Assembly (NCBI GenBank): GCA_964594085.1
Contig: CAZQLJ010000001.1
Coordinates: 1 to 26,485, forward strand
Source: an uncultured Clostridium sp.
GTDB taxonomy: Bacteria; Bacillota; Clostridia; Oscillospirales; CAG-272
Direction of reading: 5' to 3'
Length of the DNA: 26,485 nt
The position numbers and the translations under genes are program-made. The notes below the pieces were generated by a model. The model was not told the origin of the DNA and did no database searches. It was given only the letters and a program-made list of their open reading frames with translations. Shown here piece by piece: positions 25,983 through 26,485 of the stretch (position 1 is its first letter; every line of letters begins with the position of its first letter).

Positions 25983-26485
25983 ATGCCCTACCGCGTAAAT
26001 ATCGACGAATTTCCACCGATCATTCGTGAATTTGCCTCCTATAAGCTCGCAATACAAGGCTGCTCTCAAAAAACGGTCGACGAGTATCTTCTCGACCTGC
26101 GCACCTTCTTCCGCTACATCATCGCCAAGCAGAACGGCATAGACCCCGACTCCGACGAATTTTGCGAGATCAGTATAGTAAATATCGACGTAGAATACAT
26201 AAAAGACATAACCACCGAGCAGATATACGATTTTCTGCTCTACACGGGCAACGTCCGCAAGAATATGTGGGCGAGCAAGGCACGAAAGCTGTCCGCAATA
26301 AAGGGACTTTTCAAGTTTATGACCGTCAAGCGCGGATATCTCGAGGAAAATCCCGCCGCAAACATCGAGTCACCCAAGCATAAGAAAACTCTTCCGAAGT
26401 TTTTGTCACTCGCAGAGGCAAAGCTGCTGCTCGACACCGTCCGCAACGACGTCGAATCCAAAACAAGACTCCGCGACCTGTGTAT
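25983..26485 (+). CDS. xerC: Tyrosine recombinase, XerC-like (5' part, runs off the window; absent from the ORF track)
   Basis: Translated by hand: MPYRVNIDEFPPIIREFASYKLAIQGCSQKTVDEYLLDLRTFFRY...SKARKLSAIKGLFKF...ENPAANIESPKHKKTLPKFLSLAEAKLLL...RLRDL. This covers the N-terminal SAM-like domain and the start of the catalytic domain. AAGGAG RBS. Confidence 0.85.
   Translation, partial: MPYRVNIDEFPPIIREFASYKLAIQGCSQKTVDEYLLDLRTFFRYIIAKQNGIDPDSDEFCEISIVNIDVEYIKDITTEQIYDFLLYTGNVRKNMWASKARKLSAIKGLFKFMTVKRGYLEENPAANIESPKHKKTLPKFLSLAEAKLLLDTVRNDVESKTRLRDLC

Noticed and set aside
25983..26485. Recombinase as the integrase of a prophage or island
   Set aside because: It resembles housekeeping XerC-type proteins, has a plain sigmaA promoter, and no att repeats, tRNA or mobile genes are visible.
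1..26485. CRISPR arrays, tRNA/rRNA genes, IS elements, defence systems
   Set aside because: No regularly spaced repeats, cloverleafs, transposase motifs or nuclease motifs were seen.

Overview
Chromosomal window, most likely from a Clostridia-like (Bacillota) bacterium, inferred from the sigmaA-type promoters, GGAGG ribosome-binding sites and gene families. The left 16 kb is one minus-strand operon of seven genes: a very large solute-binding protein with two CBM-like domains, an ABC permease pair, an NHL/TPR/Yip1 fusion, a 1887-aa DUF5696-like protein with an ~845-aa insertion, and a second permease pair. It has no ATPase, recognisable glycosidase or regulator. A candidate promoter ~500 nt upstream is followed by a leader made of successive hairpins. 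The right part holds a small membrane protein, an aconitase-family hydratase and icd (with a REP-like palindromic element between them), a chimeric KdpD-like (DUF4118-HisKA)/DUF47 ORF lacking the kinase ATPase domain, an OmpR-family two-component pair, a membrane protein and the 5' part of a XerC-like recombinase. All family assignments come from reading motifs by eye; no database search or RNA folding was run.
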